A stretch of DNA of 64,000 bases from an uncultured Candidatus Saccharibacteria bacterium (GTDB taxonomy: Bacteria > Patescibacteriota > Doudnabacteria > UBA920): the NCBI GenBank assembly GCA_964384035.1, contig CAYLIB010000006.1:13336-77335 (forward strand), in the 5' to 3' direction. A program made the position numbers and the translations under genes. Under the pieces are notes generated by a model. It saw nothing but the letters and a program-made list of their open reading frames with translations. It did not search any database and was not told the origin of the DNA. Below are positions 30,401-39,829 of the stretch, piece by piece. How positions within the stretch are numbered: the first letter of the stretch is position 1; each line of letters begins with the position of its first letter.

Positions 30401-31448
30401 TACTCAGCTTACAATGCGTACCTTCCACACTGGTGGATCCGCTTCTGTAAAAGATATTACCCAAGGTCTTCCTCGTGTCGAAGAGCTCTTCGAAGTTAGA
30501 GAACCAAAGGGTCAAGCTACTTTAGCAGAAATAGACGGTGTAGCCTACATTACCAAGCCAAACAACAAGGAATATATCATCCGCATCGAAGGTGCTACCG
30601 CCGAAAAAGATGTTTATCATATTACTGGTGGGGTACACTCCGCCATTAAAGACGGTGAGCACATTGCTGTTGGTGAAACTCTCTTCATTAGCGGTGAAGG
30701 TAAGCAGGTTAAAGCAGAAAACGCAGGTATAGCTAAGGTAGAGAAAGACAAAATCTCTGTTATCCACGAAGGTGACTCTGTCTGTGAATATGTAGTCCCA
30801 GCAGCCTTTACTCTTCAAGTAAAAGAAGGCGACCTCGTTACCAAAGGTCAAAGACTCACCGAAGGTAACTTGAACCCAGTTCAAATTATGGCTCTTCAAG
30901 GAACTGAAGCTGGTCAAAAGTATATCGTTGAAGAAGTACAAGATATCTACGCTTCCCAAGGTCAAAACATCCACGATAAACACATAGAGGTTATCGTAAG
31001 ACAAATGTTTAGCAAGATGCGTGTTACAGAGTCCGGAGACAGCAACTTGATTGTCGGAGATATGGTAGACAAATCTCGCTTAAGAGACGTGAACGACAAG
31101 CTTGTAGCTAAGGGTCTAAGACCAGCAGATGCTGAACAGCTCCTCATGGGTATTACTAAGATCTCCCTCAATACTGACTCCTTCCTAGCCGCTGCTTCCT
31201 TCCAAGAAACCACCCGTGTTCTTATCGAAGCCGCAGTCACAGGAAAGACTGACTTCTTAAAGGGTCTTAAGGAAAACGTTATCATTGGTAAACTTATCCC
31301 AGCCGGTACCGGTTTCAAGCACCGCCAAATTTATTCCATTAACGAAGACTTAGAGAACATTGTAAGTATCGTTGGTGAAGAAGGTGGTGACCCAGTCCCA
31401 GTCTCCGCTCCAGTTTCCGACTCCGAAGAATCCTCCGAGAACGAATAG
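27492..31448 (+). CDS. rpoC: DNA-directed RNA polymerase subunit beta'
   Basis: 1318 aa. Zn-finger [20 protein letters not shown]. Catalytic [12 protein letters not shown]. Confidence 0.99.
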   Translation: [1318 protein letters not shown]

Positions 31449-31458
31449 TAGTGTCAAT

Positions 31459-31487
31459 AAAAAACTCCCCATATTGGGGAGTTTTTT
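31459..31487. terminator. terminator 1 after rpoC
   Basis: aaaaaactcccc-atatt-ggggagtttttt. Confidence 0.7.
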
Positions 31488-31491
31488 GATT

Positions 31492-31530
31492 AAAAAATCC
31501 CCGAAAGAATGAATCTTTCGGGTTTTTATT
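31492..31530. terminator. terminator 2 (tandem, bidirectional)
   Basis: aaaaaatcccgaaaga-atgaa-tctttcgggttttt. Confidence 0.65.
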
Positions 31531-32278
31531 TTGCACTTTTCAATTCAAGCACGGGGTGTATTTCCCAGAGGCCCTGGACCGGACTGTCTTGAAGACTTTG
31601 TCCATTTTCTTTTCCCTTCACACCTCGGCCACCGTCAGACTTGCATAGATCTGCTGAATCTTTGCGTCTATGGTGCGCATCCAAGAAAAGGTAGCCACTA
31701 ATTTCAGCCAGTGGGGGATTCTTAAAAAAGTAACGCTTTGAGACTTGAGTTCTTCTGTCTCCTGTCTCCTTGTTACTAACCCTTCCTCCATCAGCAAGGA
31801 GTAATGCTTCAAAGTTTTGGCGAGCTAAGCAGTAACTTGCTCCGGGTGGAATCTCCACGATAATCTGAGGATTGCTAGTTGACCACTCAGGTCGCTCCGC
31901 GACCTGGATATGGTAATCGTTATCTTCCTCAGATTTAACAAGGAGTATGTGCGCTTTTATTTTCACGAAAAGGTGTTCAGACTCGTGCGCCGCATCTTGG
32001 GGAAATTTATCACGCAGTAAGGATTCATATCTCCTTCCGCATAACATACTAAACCAGTCTGAAACGGTTAGCACATTTCCACCATTAGCTTTTTCATAAG
32101 AAAGCCCAGGAGGACGAAGTTTCACTTCCTCACGGTCCGAACCGTCGTATTTCAGCTCGCAACTTTTGTCGCTAAAGTTGTCTTGGGATTGTGATTGAGT
32201 AGTATTTTGTGTGGCACTTTTGCAAGCGGTATTCAGCAAGCACGGCAAAAGAAAAAGAATCAAGAAATATTTCTTCAT
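31526..32278 (-). CDS. hypothetical secreted protein or lipoprotein
   Basis: Signal peptide MKKYFLILFLLPCLLNTAC (lipobox-like). Rest unrecognised. Confidence 0.55.
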   Translation of the reverse strand: MKKYFLILFLLPCLLNTACKSATQNTTQSQSQDNFSDKSCELKYDGSDREEVKLRPPGLSYEKANGGNVLTVSDWFSMLCGRRYESLLRDKFPQDAAHESEHLFVKIKAHILLVKSEEDNDYHIQVAERPEWSTSNPQIIVEIPPGASYCLARQNFEALLLADGGRVSNKETGDRRTQVSKRYFFKNPPLAEISGYLFLDAHHRRKDSADLCKSDGGRGVKGKENGQSLQDSPVQGLWEIHPVLELKSAK

Positions 32279-32343
32279 GTGATCCCTCCAAAAAGTTTTA
32301 GAAATTTAGCTCACAGTATATCCCAAAAATTCCGCTTAGTCAA

Positions 32344-34980
32344 TCATCTCCGTTTGGAACTGATAGCTTTTCTAATCTCTTCAATCCAAATAATTGAAGA
32401 AGCAATTAGCAATAGAGCCACCCACTCATTAAAACTAATAGGCGTGGTTTTTAAAATTCTATTAAAGAATGGGGTATAAAGTGCTAGTACCTGAAGCCCT
32501 ATTACTATCAAAGTAGCACTAATTAACCACGGATTACTGAAAGGGTTGGCTCTAAAAATAGACGTATTTCTATCTCTGCTAGACCAAGCTCTAAACCATT
32601 GGAATACCGAAAGGAGAGTAAGGGTTATGCTATATGCATGAACCAAATCTGATTTGTAAAAATAATTGAATACTAATACAGAACCTATTGCTATTACACT
32701 CGCATGTAATGCGATTTGTTTAAATTCGCTTCTGCCTATTAATTTTTCTTTATTCCTTGGCTTGCTAAGTAAAAGATTGTCTTCTTTTTTCTCTAGTCCT
32801 AATGCGACTGTCATAAAACCATCCGTTACAAAGTTCAGCCATATTATTTGCACAGGGAGAAGGGGTAAGGGAAGACCCAGAATGAGCGTAAGTGTTATTG
32901 TCAGTGCCTCCCCAGCATTTGTAGAAAACAAATACATCAAGACTTTTTGAATAGTTTTAAATATATTCCTTCCTTCTTCTACTGCAGCGACAATAGAACT
33001 TAGTTTGTCGTCTAAGAGAATCATATCCGAAGCCTCTTTGGCCACCGAGGTGCCGGTAATACCCATTGAAACTCCAAGGTCAGCATCCACCAAAGCTGGA
33101 GCATCGTTAACCCCATCCCCGGTCATCGCGACTATGTCTCCTCTTTTTCTATATAGTTCTATTATCTTAAGTTTATGTTCGGGTGTTATTCTTGCGAAGA
33201 CTTTTATTTTAGAGAGTAAAGAGTGTATTTTACCTGTGGGCAATTCCAAAATTTCATCTCCAGTCATAACCAGATCGTTGTCCTTTAAAATACCAGCCTT
33301 CTTTCCAATGGTTTCTGCTGTTATTTTGTTGTCTCCCGTAATCATTACTACCGAGACCCCAGCTTTCTCTAGCATACTAACCATTTCCGGTACCTCGGTG
33401 TGAAGCGAGTCCGAGAGTCCGTAAACACAACAGAACTCCATTTTAGGCATTTCATTGCTCAGTTGTAACTCACTGTCAGCTTTATAAGCTCCAACAAGCA
33501 CGCGAAGGCCAAGAGTGGAGAACTCTTTTATTTTTCTCAGAATAATTTCTTTTTCCGACGCCTCCAGATCGCAAAGAGGGAGTATCGCTTCACTTGCCCC
33601 TACAGCCAAAATGGATTTACTATTCCCGAGCCTAACCACCACAGCACGAAACCTCTTTTTATAATCAAAAGGTATTTCACTAAGAATTTTGGTGTGGGGG
33701 AGTAGGGTTTGTTTGGTCAGTCCAAGTCTGTTACCAAACACAACCAGTGCTCCTTCCGTAGGGTCTCCGAGTACTTTATAACGCCTTTCTTCCTCTGAAT
33801 AAATTACCGACGCCTTGTTGCAAAGGGCTGCAATAACCGCGCTATTTTGTAGTGCAGGCTCAAAAGTATTTTTAATTTTTTCTCCATCCAGTCTAATCTC
33901 AGCTTCTGGGTTATACCCCTCACCACTCACTGTAAAAATTTTACCTCCACAGAAAATTTTTTCTACTTGAAGTTCATTTCGCGTAAGTGTTCCAGTTTTA
34001 TCACATGCAAGTATATTTGCCTCTCCCAGAGATTCAATCGCTCGAAGTTTCCTAATGAGTGCATTACGTTTGCTCATTCTATAGACTCCAGCAGCAAGTA
34101 CGAGGGTAATAGCAACCGGTAGTCCCTCAGGTATTATGGAAACCGCGAGAGAAACTACTACCTTAAACATAAGAGCAGTTTCCAAGCCCCGTATTTCTCC
34201 AATCACAAATAATAGAACAGAAAATATACCTATAATCCAGAGAAGTTTCTTAGACAAAACTTCTATTTGCTTCTGCAATGGGATCTCGGTCTGGTTTAGG
34301 GGTATAGTCTTTGTAATCTTTCCTATTTCAGTCCTAAGCCCAGTTGCTGTTACTACAGCTGTCGCATAGCCAGAGGTAATATTAGTCCCTCTGAAAACCA
34401 TATTACTTTGTCCAAAAATTGCCGTTTCATCCTTCAATGCTCGGTTATTCTTAAATACCGATATAGATTCACCGGTCAGAGCTGCTTCAGAGACTCCAGC
34501 GTTACCGTCTATTAACCTAGCGTCTGCACTCACTTTATCTCCCTCGCGAAGTATAAGAATATCTCCAGGTACTAGCTCTATATCCTGCACCAATTCTTCA
34601 ACTCCTTCGCGAATTACAGTAGCCTCAGTGGTTACTAATTTCTTTAAGGCTTTTAACGTATTTTGCGCCTTACCTTCTTGAATACTTCCAATCACAGCGT
34701 TCACTAACAAAACCGCTAAGATGGTTAAAGTATCCGTCATTTCTCCAAGAAGCCCAACTATAACACCAGCCGCTAAGAGCATATATATAAAGGGATCCTT
34801 GAACTGACGTAAAAATACAACAAACAAAGACTCATCTTTTTCCTGAGCTAGTTCGTTCAGTCCGAAATGTTTTCTTCTTTTTTCTACTTCAAATTTATCT
34901 AAACCATTTTTGTCGGTTCTCAGTATTTTTAAACTCTCTTCAGTAGATTCCAAAGCAAAATTTTGTTTCTCGTCATTCAT
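32344..34980 (-). CDS. P2-type cation-transporting P-type ATPase (Ca2+/Mg2+ class)
   Basis: PEGLP, DKTGTLT, TGDN, GDGVNDAPAL motifs. 878 aa with about 10 TM helices. Confidence 0.92.
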   Translation of the reverse strand: MNDEKQNFALESTEESLKILRTDKNGLDKFEVEKRRKHFGLNELAQEKDESLFVVFLRQFKDPFIYMLLAAGVIVGLLGEMTDTLTILAVLLVNAVIGSIQEGKAQNTLKALKKLVTTEATVIREGVEELVQDIELVPGDILILREGDKVSADARLIDGNAGVSEAALTGESISVFKNNRALKDETAIFGQSNMVFRGTNITSGYATAVVTATGLRTEIGKITKTIPLNQTEIPLQKQIEVLSKKLLWIIGIFSVLLFVIGEIRGLETALMFKVVVSLAVSIIPEGLPVAITLVLAAGVYRMSKRNALIRKLRAIESLGEANILACDKTGTLTRNELQVEKIFCGGKIFTVSGEGYNPEAEIRLDGEKIKNTFEPALQNSAVIAALCNKASVIYSEEERRYKVLGDPTEGALVVFGNRLGLTKQTLLPHTKILSEIPFDYKKRFRAVVVRLGNSKSILAVGASEAILPLCDLEASEKEIILRKIKEFSTLGLRVLVGAYKADSELQLSNEMPKMEFCCVYGLSDSLHTEVPEMVSMLEKAGVSVVMITGDNKITAETIGKKAGILKDNDLVMTGDEILELPTGKIHSLLSKIKVFARITPEHKLKIIELYRKRGDIVAMTGDGVNDAPALVDADLGVSMGITGTSVAKEASDMILLDDKLSSIVAAVEEGRNIFKTIQKVLMYLFSTNAGEALTITLTLILGLPLPLLPVQIIWLNFVTDGFMTVALGLEKKEDNLLLSKPRNKEKLIGRSEFKQIALHASVIAIGSVLVFNYFYKSDLVHAYSITLTLLSVFQWFRAWSSRDRNTSIFRANPFSNPWLISATLIVIGLQVLALYTPFFNRILKTTPISFNEWVALLLIASSIIWIEEIRKAISSKRR

Positions 34981-35091
34981 ATTAGGGTACTACCATTGTA
35001 TCAATAAAGTAATCAGCGGGGTATTGAAATATTTTGTTAAAAATGTTAATGTGCGCTTTAAATTTCTGAAAATTTTATAGAGGAGGTGTCT

Positions 35092-35346
35092 ATGAAAGAA
35101 ATAGTAATATGTTCAGCCGTAAAGTTATCAGACCAGAGAATCATTCACTGTCATAGGCATTCAGACGGAATCCTCGTTGCGAACCAAGTACATAAACAGA
35201 AAGTCATCGAACAGGGTTTTGTGACTTCTACTGGGCGCTACGTAGATCGTACTGAGGCTTTTCTCATTCAAGAATCGGCTGGTATCCCATCAAAAAGCAA
35301 AGACGGCTATCGTGGCCGTCTGCTCTTTAGCGAAGATCTCTATTAG
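35092..35346 (+). CDS. hypothetical small protein
   Basis: AGGAGG RBS. 84 aa. Followed by terminator ctccac-cta-gtggag-ttttttatt (35352-35375). Confidence 0.5.
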   Translation: MKEIVICSAVKLSDQRIIHCHRHSDGILVANQVHKQKVIEQGFVTSTGRYVDRTEAFLIQESAGIPSKSKDGYRGRLLFSEDLY

Positions 35347-35358
35347 TTATCTCTCCAC

Positions 35359-35778
35359 CTAGTGGAGTTTTTTATTATTATAAGAAAGTAGTATTTCTAA
35401 TGCTTTCCTTCCTATTCTAGGTAATGTCTCTATTTCACTAGCTTTAACAATCACCACACCCTTACCTTCATGTAATTTACCTAAATCTATTTCTAGCCCT
35501 TCATAAGAGAAAACTGAAACATCTCTCGCTATTTCACTTCTCTCATCGTTCGATACAAAACTTTCAAAATACTCTAGCTTACTTGGCTCAATTTGAGCAT
35601 CTAATTCTTCCATAAGTTCCCGAGCGATCGCCTGTTCAGCTGTTTCTCCTTCCTCAATTGTCCCGCCAAACAAAGCTATCTCATCAGGATCTATTATATC
35701 TGGTTTATCGTCCCGATCTTGTAGAATAAAATTTCCATCTATATCGGTTAGTATTGCGATTACACTTTTATTTTTCAT
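35359..35778 (-). CDS. NUDIX hydrolase
   Basis: Nudix box GGTIEEGETAEQAIARELMEEL. Confidence 0.8.
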   Translation of the reverse strand: MKNKSVIAILTDIDGNFILQDRDDKPDIIDPDEIALFGGTIEEGETAEQAIARELMEELDAQIEPSKLEYFESFVSNDERSEIARDVSVFSYEGLEIDLGKLHEGKGVVIVKASEIETLPRIGRKALEILLSYNNKKLH

Positions 35779-38515
35779 TTTGTATTGTTTTAGGCCATTC
35801 TTGTACCATTATTAATTCGCTCCTTACTAGTCCTCGCTCAAATAGTAACCCCCAAATATACTCGGTTACAAATGGCATGAAAGGGTGAAGTATTTTTAAG
35901 ATATGTATTAACACATGAAGTAAAATCCTCTTTGTATTGTTAGCTAATTCTGGATTTTGCATTTGCACTTTACTTGTCTCTATATAAATATCTGCAAATT
36001 CATGCCAGGTGAATTGGTATATTTCCTGTGCCGCTTCGTGTAGCCTAAAACCTTCTAGGTGAGAAGTAACTGCAGTAATAGTCATATCTAGTTTTCGAAG
36101 TATCTCTGTATCCGCCTCAGTTTTTACCTCCCACTTCCAATCACTCTCCTCTACATTCTGCATAATGAACCTGGAAATATTCCAAAGTTTGTTTCCAAAA
36201 TGCTTCATACCTTTTATTTTATCCTCGGCGAGAGGTATATCTGTTCCAGCAGACGTGGAAAATACTAAAGCAAAACGTAGTGCGTCAGTTCCATAGGTGT
36301 CTATAACACCAAGTGGATCAATAATGTTTCCTTTGCTCTTGCTCATTTTCTGTCTATCCTTGTCTCTTACAAGACCATGTAAATATACTGTTCGGAAAGG
36401 AACTTCACCTACGTGATAAGTCGACATAAGGATCATACGTGCAACCCAGAAGAACAGAATATCGTAACCAGTTTCCAGTACATCTGTAGGGTGAAAAGTT
36501 TCTAGATCAAAAGTTTCATTAGGCCAGCCAAGAGTTGAGAACGTCCAAAGGCCTGAACTAAACCAAGTGTCTAAAGTATCAGGATCGCGGATCAAGTTTT
36601 CACCCGTAGGCTCTTTCAGTAAAAAATAAGATACAACAGAACCATTTGGTCTAATTCCTACGCGCTCTCTTGCCGCTACAAATTCATCTTTCTTTTTACC
36701 CTCTAGAACCGCTTGTATGACTATATTTGTAATGTTGTGGCCAGCAATAAGAATAGGGCCTTCCGTCTCTTGTTTTAAGGTTTCTATAAATTTTAAAACT
36801 CTAACTTCTAAGGATTCTAATTTCTCACCAGTTCCTCTCTTTATTGCTTCAGCAAAAGGGTTGGGGCACTCCTCGAGGCTTAAATTTCCTACATCACCTT
36901 TATCAAACTCCCTCATATCATCGTTAAAGACTATATCATTTTCATTAAGTCCTATAATTTCGGCAACAATCTTAGCAGTTTGAGTAGATCGAATTAAGCT
37001 AGATGCATAAATTTTCTTAATACCTCTACCCTTTAATTTCTCTCCTAATTCTCTCGCCTGATCCTCACCCTTTTTGGTTAGGGGAGTGTCCCCGGAGGCA
37101 ATTCCAGAAGCATTGCTCTCACTCTCTCCGTGTCTAGCAAAAATAATCTCCACCTCTTTTGGTAAATGAATATTTTTTTGCTCGTCATACCAAGCAGGAA
37201 TTTGGTGTCCAAATAATATTTGTCTAGAAATACACCAATCCCTAAGGTTATCTATCCAGTGGAAATATATTTTCTTAAAGTGATCAGGAATTATTTCAAT
37301 CTGCCCACTCTCCACCACATGTCTCATGCAGTGTTTAAGGCTAACTAATTCTCCATCTTTTATTCCTGGTATCCCGTCTCCTTTAAATCGAAATGGCTTA
37401 TTCACATCTATAAACCACTGCTCACGAATTTGAGGTTCTATTATTCCACCTCCACGAGAATTAGTAGCAATTCTGTGGTTATAATTCTCGTCTATTTTTT
37501 CTACTAAACCTTTAGCTTGTAGCTTTTCTATAAGCATTGGTCTAGCTTTCTTAATGTGTTGGCCCGCAAGTTCTCCTGCTATTGGGAGTAATATACCTTT
37601 AAGATCGATAATCTGCTCTATATCCAAACCGTGTCTCTGGGCAATTTCATAGTCCACCGCGTCATGCGCTGGGGTAATGGTCATTACACCCGTACCAAAT
37701 TCAGGGTCTGCAGCTGTATCTTTAATAATCGTTGCGGTAACTTTGCCATTTATCCATTCAACTTCTATTTGTTGTCCATGTTTGTATTCAGCGTAACGAG
37801 CATCTTCAGGATGCATTACTACATACTTATCTCCAAACTTAGTTTCGGGTCTGGCTGTACCAATGGTAAATGGTCCATACTTTAAATAGTAAAAACTAGT
37901 TGTTTCTTCTTTCCATTCTATTTCATCGTCGCTCACATTTGTTTGTAGTTTCGGGTCCCAGTTTACAAGTCGGTTACCACGGTAAATAAGACCATCCTCA
38001 TACATTCTCTTAAAAGCAGTATTTACCGCTGATACTTTCTGTTCGTCAAGGGTATAAGAAAGCCTACTCCAATCTGTAGAAGCACCCATTCTTTTTATTT
38101 GTGACAAAATAGTACCCTGCGAAGATAGGGCATAGTCATTCACCAATTTCACAAACTCTTCTCTAGAAAAGTCGTGTCGTGTTTTGCCTTCTTTTTTATA
38201 CAAATCAGTTTCTACTTTTGCTTGAGTAGCTATCGCCGCTGAATCTGTGCCAGGTACCCATAAGGTCTTGTAACCTTGCATTCTCCTGAAACGGATTAGT
38301 ATATCCTGAATTGTTAAAAACAATGCATGTCCAATATGCAAAACACCAGTCACATTTGGTGGAGGCATGGTAATGGTATAAGTAGGCGCATTATCAGGCT
38401 TGCCCTCCATAGCTTCAGCGGAGGAGGGATTAAAATACCCTGAGTCTTCCCATTTTTTATAAATATCTGCCTCTGCAGAAGAGGCATCGTATGCTTTCGG
38501 TAATTCTTGGTTCAT
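35768..38515 (-). CDS. valS: valyl-tRNA synthetase carrying an inserted histidine-phosphatase (RHG) domain
   Basis: PPPNVTGVLHIGHA (HIGH), WCISRQ, KMSKSKGN. About 180 aa between IPAWY and DTLDTWFSS hold ARHGESESN...IYASSLIRS...AGHNIT (PGAM/histidine phosphatase signature). Confidence 0.88.
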   Translation of the reverse strand: MNQELPKAYDASSAEADIYKKWEDSGYFNPSSAEAMEGKPDNAPTYTITMPPPNVTGVLHIGHALFLTIQDILIRFRRMQGYKTLWVPGTDSAAIATQAKVETDLYKKEGKTRHDFSREEFVKLVNDYALSSQGTILSQIKRMGASTDWSRLSYTLDEQKVSAVNTAFKRMYEDGLIYRGNRLVNWDPKLQTNVSDDEIEWKEETTSFYYLKYGPFTIGTARPETKFGDKYVVMHPEDARYAEYKHGQQIEVEWINGKVTATIIKDTAADPEFGTGVMTITPAHDAVDYEIAQRHGLDIEQIIDLKGILLPIAGELAGQHIKKARPMLIEKLQAKGLVEKIDENYNHRIATNSRGGGIIEPQIREQWFIDVNKPFRFKGDGIPGIKDGELVSLKHCMRHVVESGQIEIIPDHFKKIYFHWIDNLRDWCISRQILFGHQIPAWYDEQKNIHLPKEVEIIFARHGESESNASGIASGDTPLTKKGEDQARELGEKLKGRGIKKIYASSLIRSTQTAKIVAEIIGLNENDIVFNDDMREFDKGDVGNLSLEECPNPFAEAIKRGTGEKLESLEVRVLKFIETLKQETEGPILIAGHNITNIVIQAVLEGKKKDEFVAARERVGIRPNGSVVSYFLLKEPTGENLIRDPDTLDTWFSSGLWTFSTLGWPNETFDLETFHPTDVLETGYDILFFWVARMILMSTYHVGEVPFRTVYLHGLVRDKDRQKMSKSKGNIIDPLGVIDTYGTDALRFALVFSTSAGTDIPLAEDKIKGMKHFGNKLWNISRFIMQNVEESDWKWEVKTEADTEILRKLDMTITAVTSHLEGFRLHEAAQEIYQFTWHEFADIYIETSKVQMQNPELANNTKRILLHVLIHILKILHPFMPFVTEYIWGLLFERGLVRSELIMVQEWPKTIQNEK

Positions 38516-38521
38516 AATTTT

Positions 38522-39031
38522 TTACTTGGAGTCTATAAAATTTAATTTATTGGAATTTTTAAAGGATATGTAAATACCCGTTATTGCAGTAAATAGACCT
38601 AACAACCAGATAATATTACTAATCTCTTTTGCATGAGATAGTTGTCCTAGCATGAACAATAAATTATTCCAGTCATGACTATCAGTGTCGCCAGTAATTA
38701 AAGGCAATTGCATTCTTAGTGCGTCTCTAGCATAAACCGAAACATTAAAAAGATTTATACTTAACCAACATAAAGTAATTCCTGCAGAAAATTTTTGTTC
38801 CTTAAACCAAAAATAAAAAACAAAAATTAGCGGTAGTAAAACTTGTAGCAAACTTCCACCGAGAATAGTTAAAAAGTTGCCAAAAGGGGAGAAGATCACA
38901 TGACCAGCCTCGTGTACTATTAAATTTACCGAATCTATAAAATGCCAATCCGCACTAGAAAATGCGTAAAAGAATATATAAAGACCCATTACCGAAGCTG
39001 TTATGTATTTAGCTAATATTTTCTTGTCCAT
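38522..39031 (-). CDS. small polytopic membrane protein with HExxH motif (putative membrane metalloprotease)
   Basis: Start at the internal Met with GGGGTG RBS. HEAGH within a TM region. Five or more hydrophobic helices. Confidence 0.5.
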   Translation of the reverse strand: MDKKILAKYITASVMGLYIFFYAFSSADWHFIDSVNLIVHEAGHVIFSPFGNFLTILGGSLLQVLLPLIFVFYFWFKEQKFSAGITLCWLSINLFNVSVYARDALRMQLPLITGDTDSHDWNNLLFMLGQLSHAKEISNIIWLLGLFTAITGIYISFKNSNKLNFIDSK

Positions 39032-39260
39032 AAAATAAAACACCCCAAATGGGTGTCTACGTGCCATCTCTGGCGGTACCAACGTAAAATTACTTAATTG
39101 TGTGTTGTTACGGACACACCGTCGGGTTCTATAGGTCTATAGACTTTCTTCCCGAAGCCTGGCTATTATATAGTCATTCGTAGTGACAGCTACGACTAGC
39201 TCTTAAGCGCATAATAGCCTATGTACTAGGCTAAAGTCAAAGTAAAAATCGGGGGTTTAT

Positions 39261-39749
39261 ATGAATAACAGTTCTTTACCATTGGATGAGTTGAAGAAGA
39301 AGGGTAGGGATATTACTTCCCTTAAGTTAAATTGTATAGTTTCTCTTTTGGGATGTATTACTTCTGTATTTGTTTTTTTAAATACTTTAATAATATTTCC
39401 TATCGGAGATTCTGGTAAGCTGGAAATTTTCCCTCTTCTGAGCCTGCTTATAGGCACTGGGGGATTCAGTATGAGTATGATCGCAAGTGTTATCTGGTAC
39501 TCAGCCTTTGTGTCGCTCATCGAGAAAAACCCTGACTGGAGGCATCTCCTCAAGTATGGCAAAAGTGATCTTGGTATCATAGGAGCAATAGGTGTAGTAG
39601 TGGTAATTTTTGGTTTGCTTATTTCTTGGTTTATACCTTCGATCGGACTCACACTATTACTTCTTAGTACTGCCTTGGTAGTCTTTTTGGTTGGTTACCT
39701 GATTTATCTGCTAAACACCGAGTTAGAACGAAGAAAAATCCATGCCTAA
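39261..39749 (+). CDS. hypothetical integral membrane protein
   Basis: Four TM helices. Terminator atgcc...ggcat-ttttttt at 39743-39770. Confidence 0.55.
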   Translation: MNNSSLPLDELKKKGRDITSLKLNCIVSLLGCITSVFVFLNTLIIFPIGDSGKLEIFPLLSLLIGTGGFSMSMIASVIWYSAFVSLIEKNPDWRHLLKYGKSDLGIIGAIGVVVVIFGLLISWFIPSIGLTLLLLSTALVVFLVGYLIYLLNTELERRKIHA

Positions 39750-39829
39750 AATATCTGGGCATTTTTTTGTAACATTTTTATCCTAATTTGCGTTATATTA
39801 TATTCAAGACTATTAAACAACGGTGCTTT

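Noticed and set aside
24220-31318. Numerous 60-160-aa antisense ORFs inside rpoB and rpoC.
   Set aside because: They are shadow ORFs of highly conserved genes with no RBS and Ser/Thr-rich artefactual composition.
39083-39260. Intergenic region with gtctatagac palindrome and GC-rich stretch, considered as possible tRNA or ncRNA.
   Set aside because: No cloverleaf, promoter or terminator organisation could be discerned.
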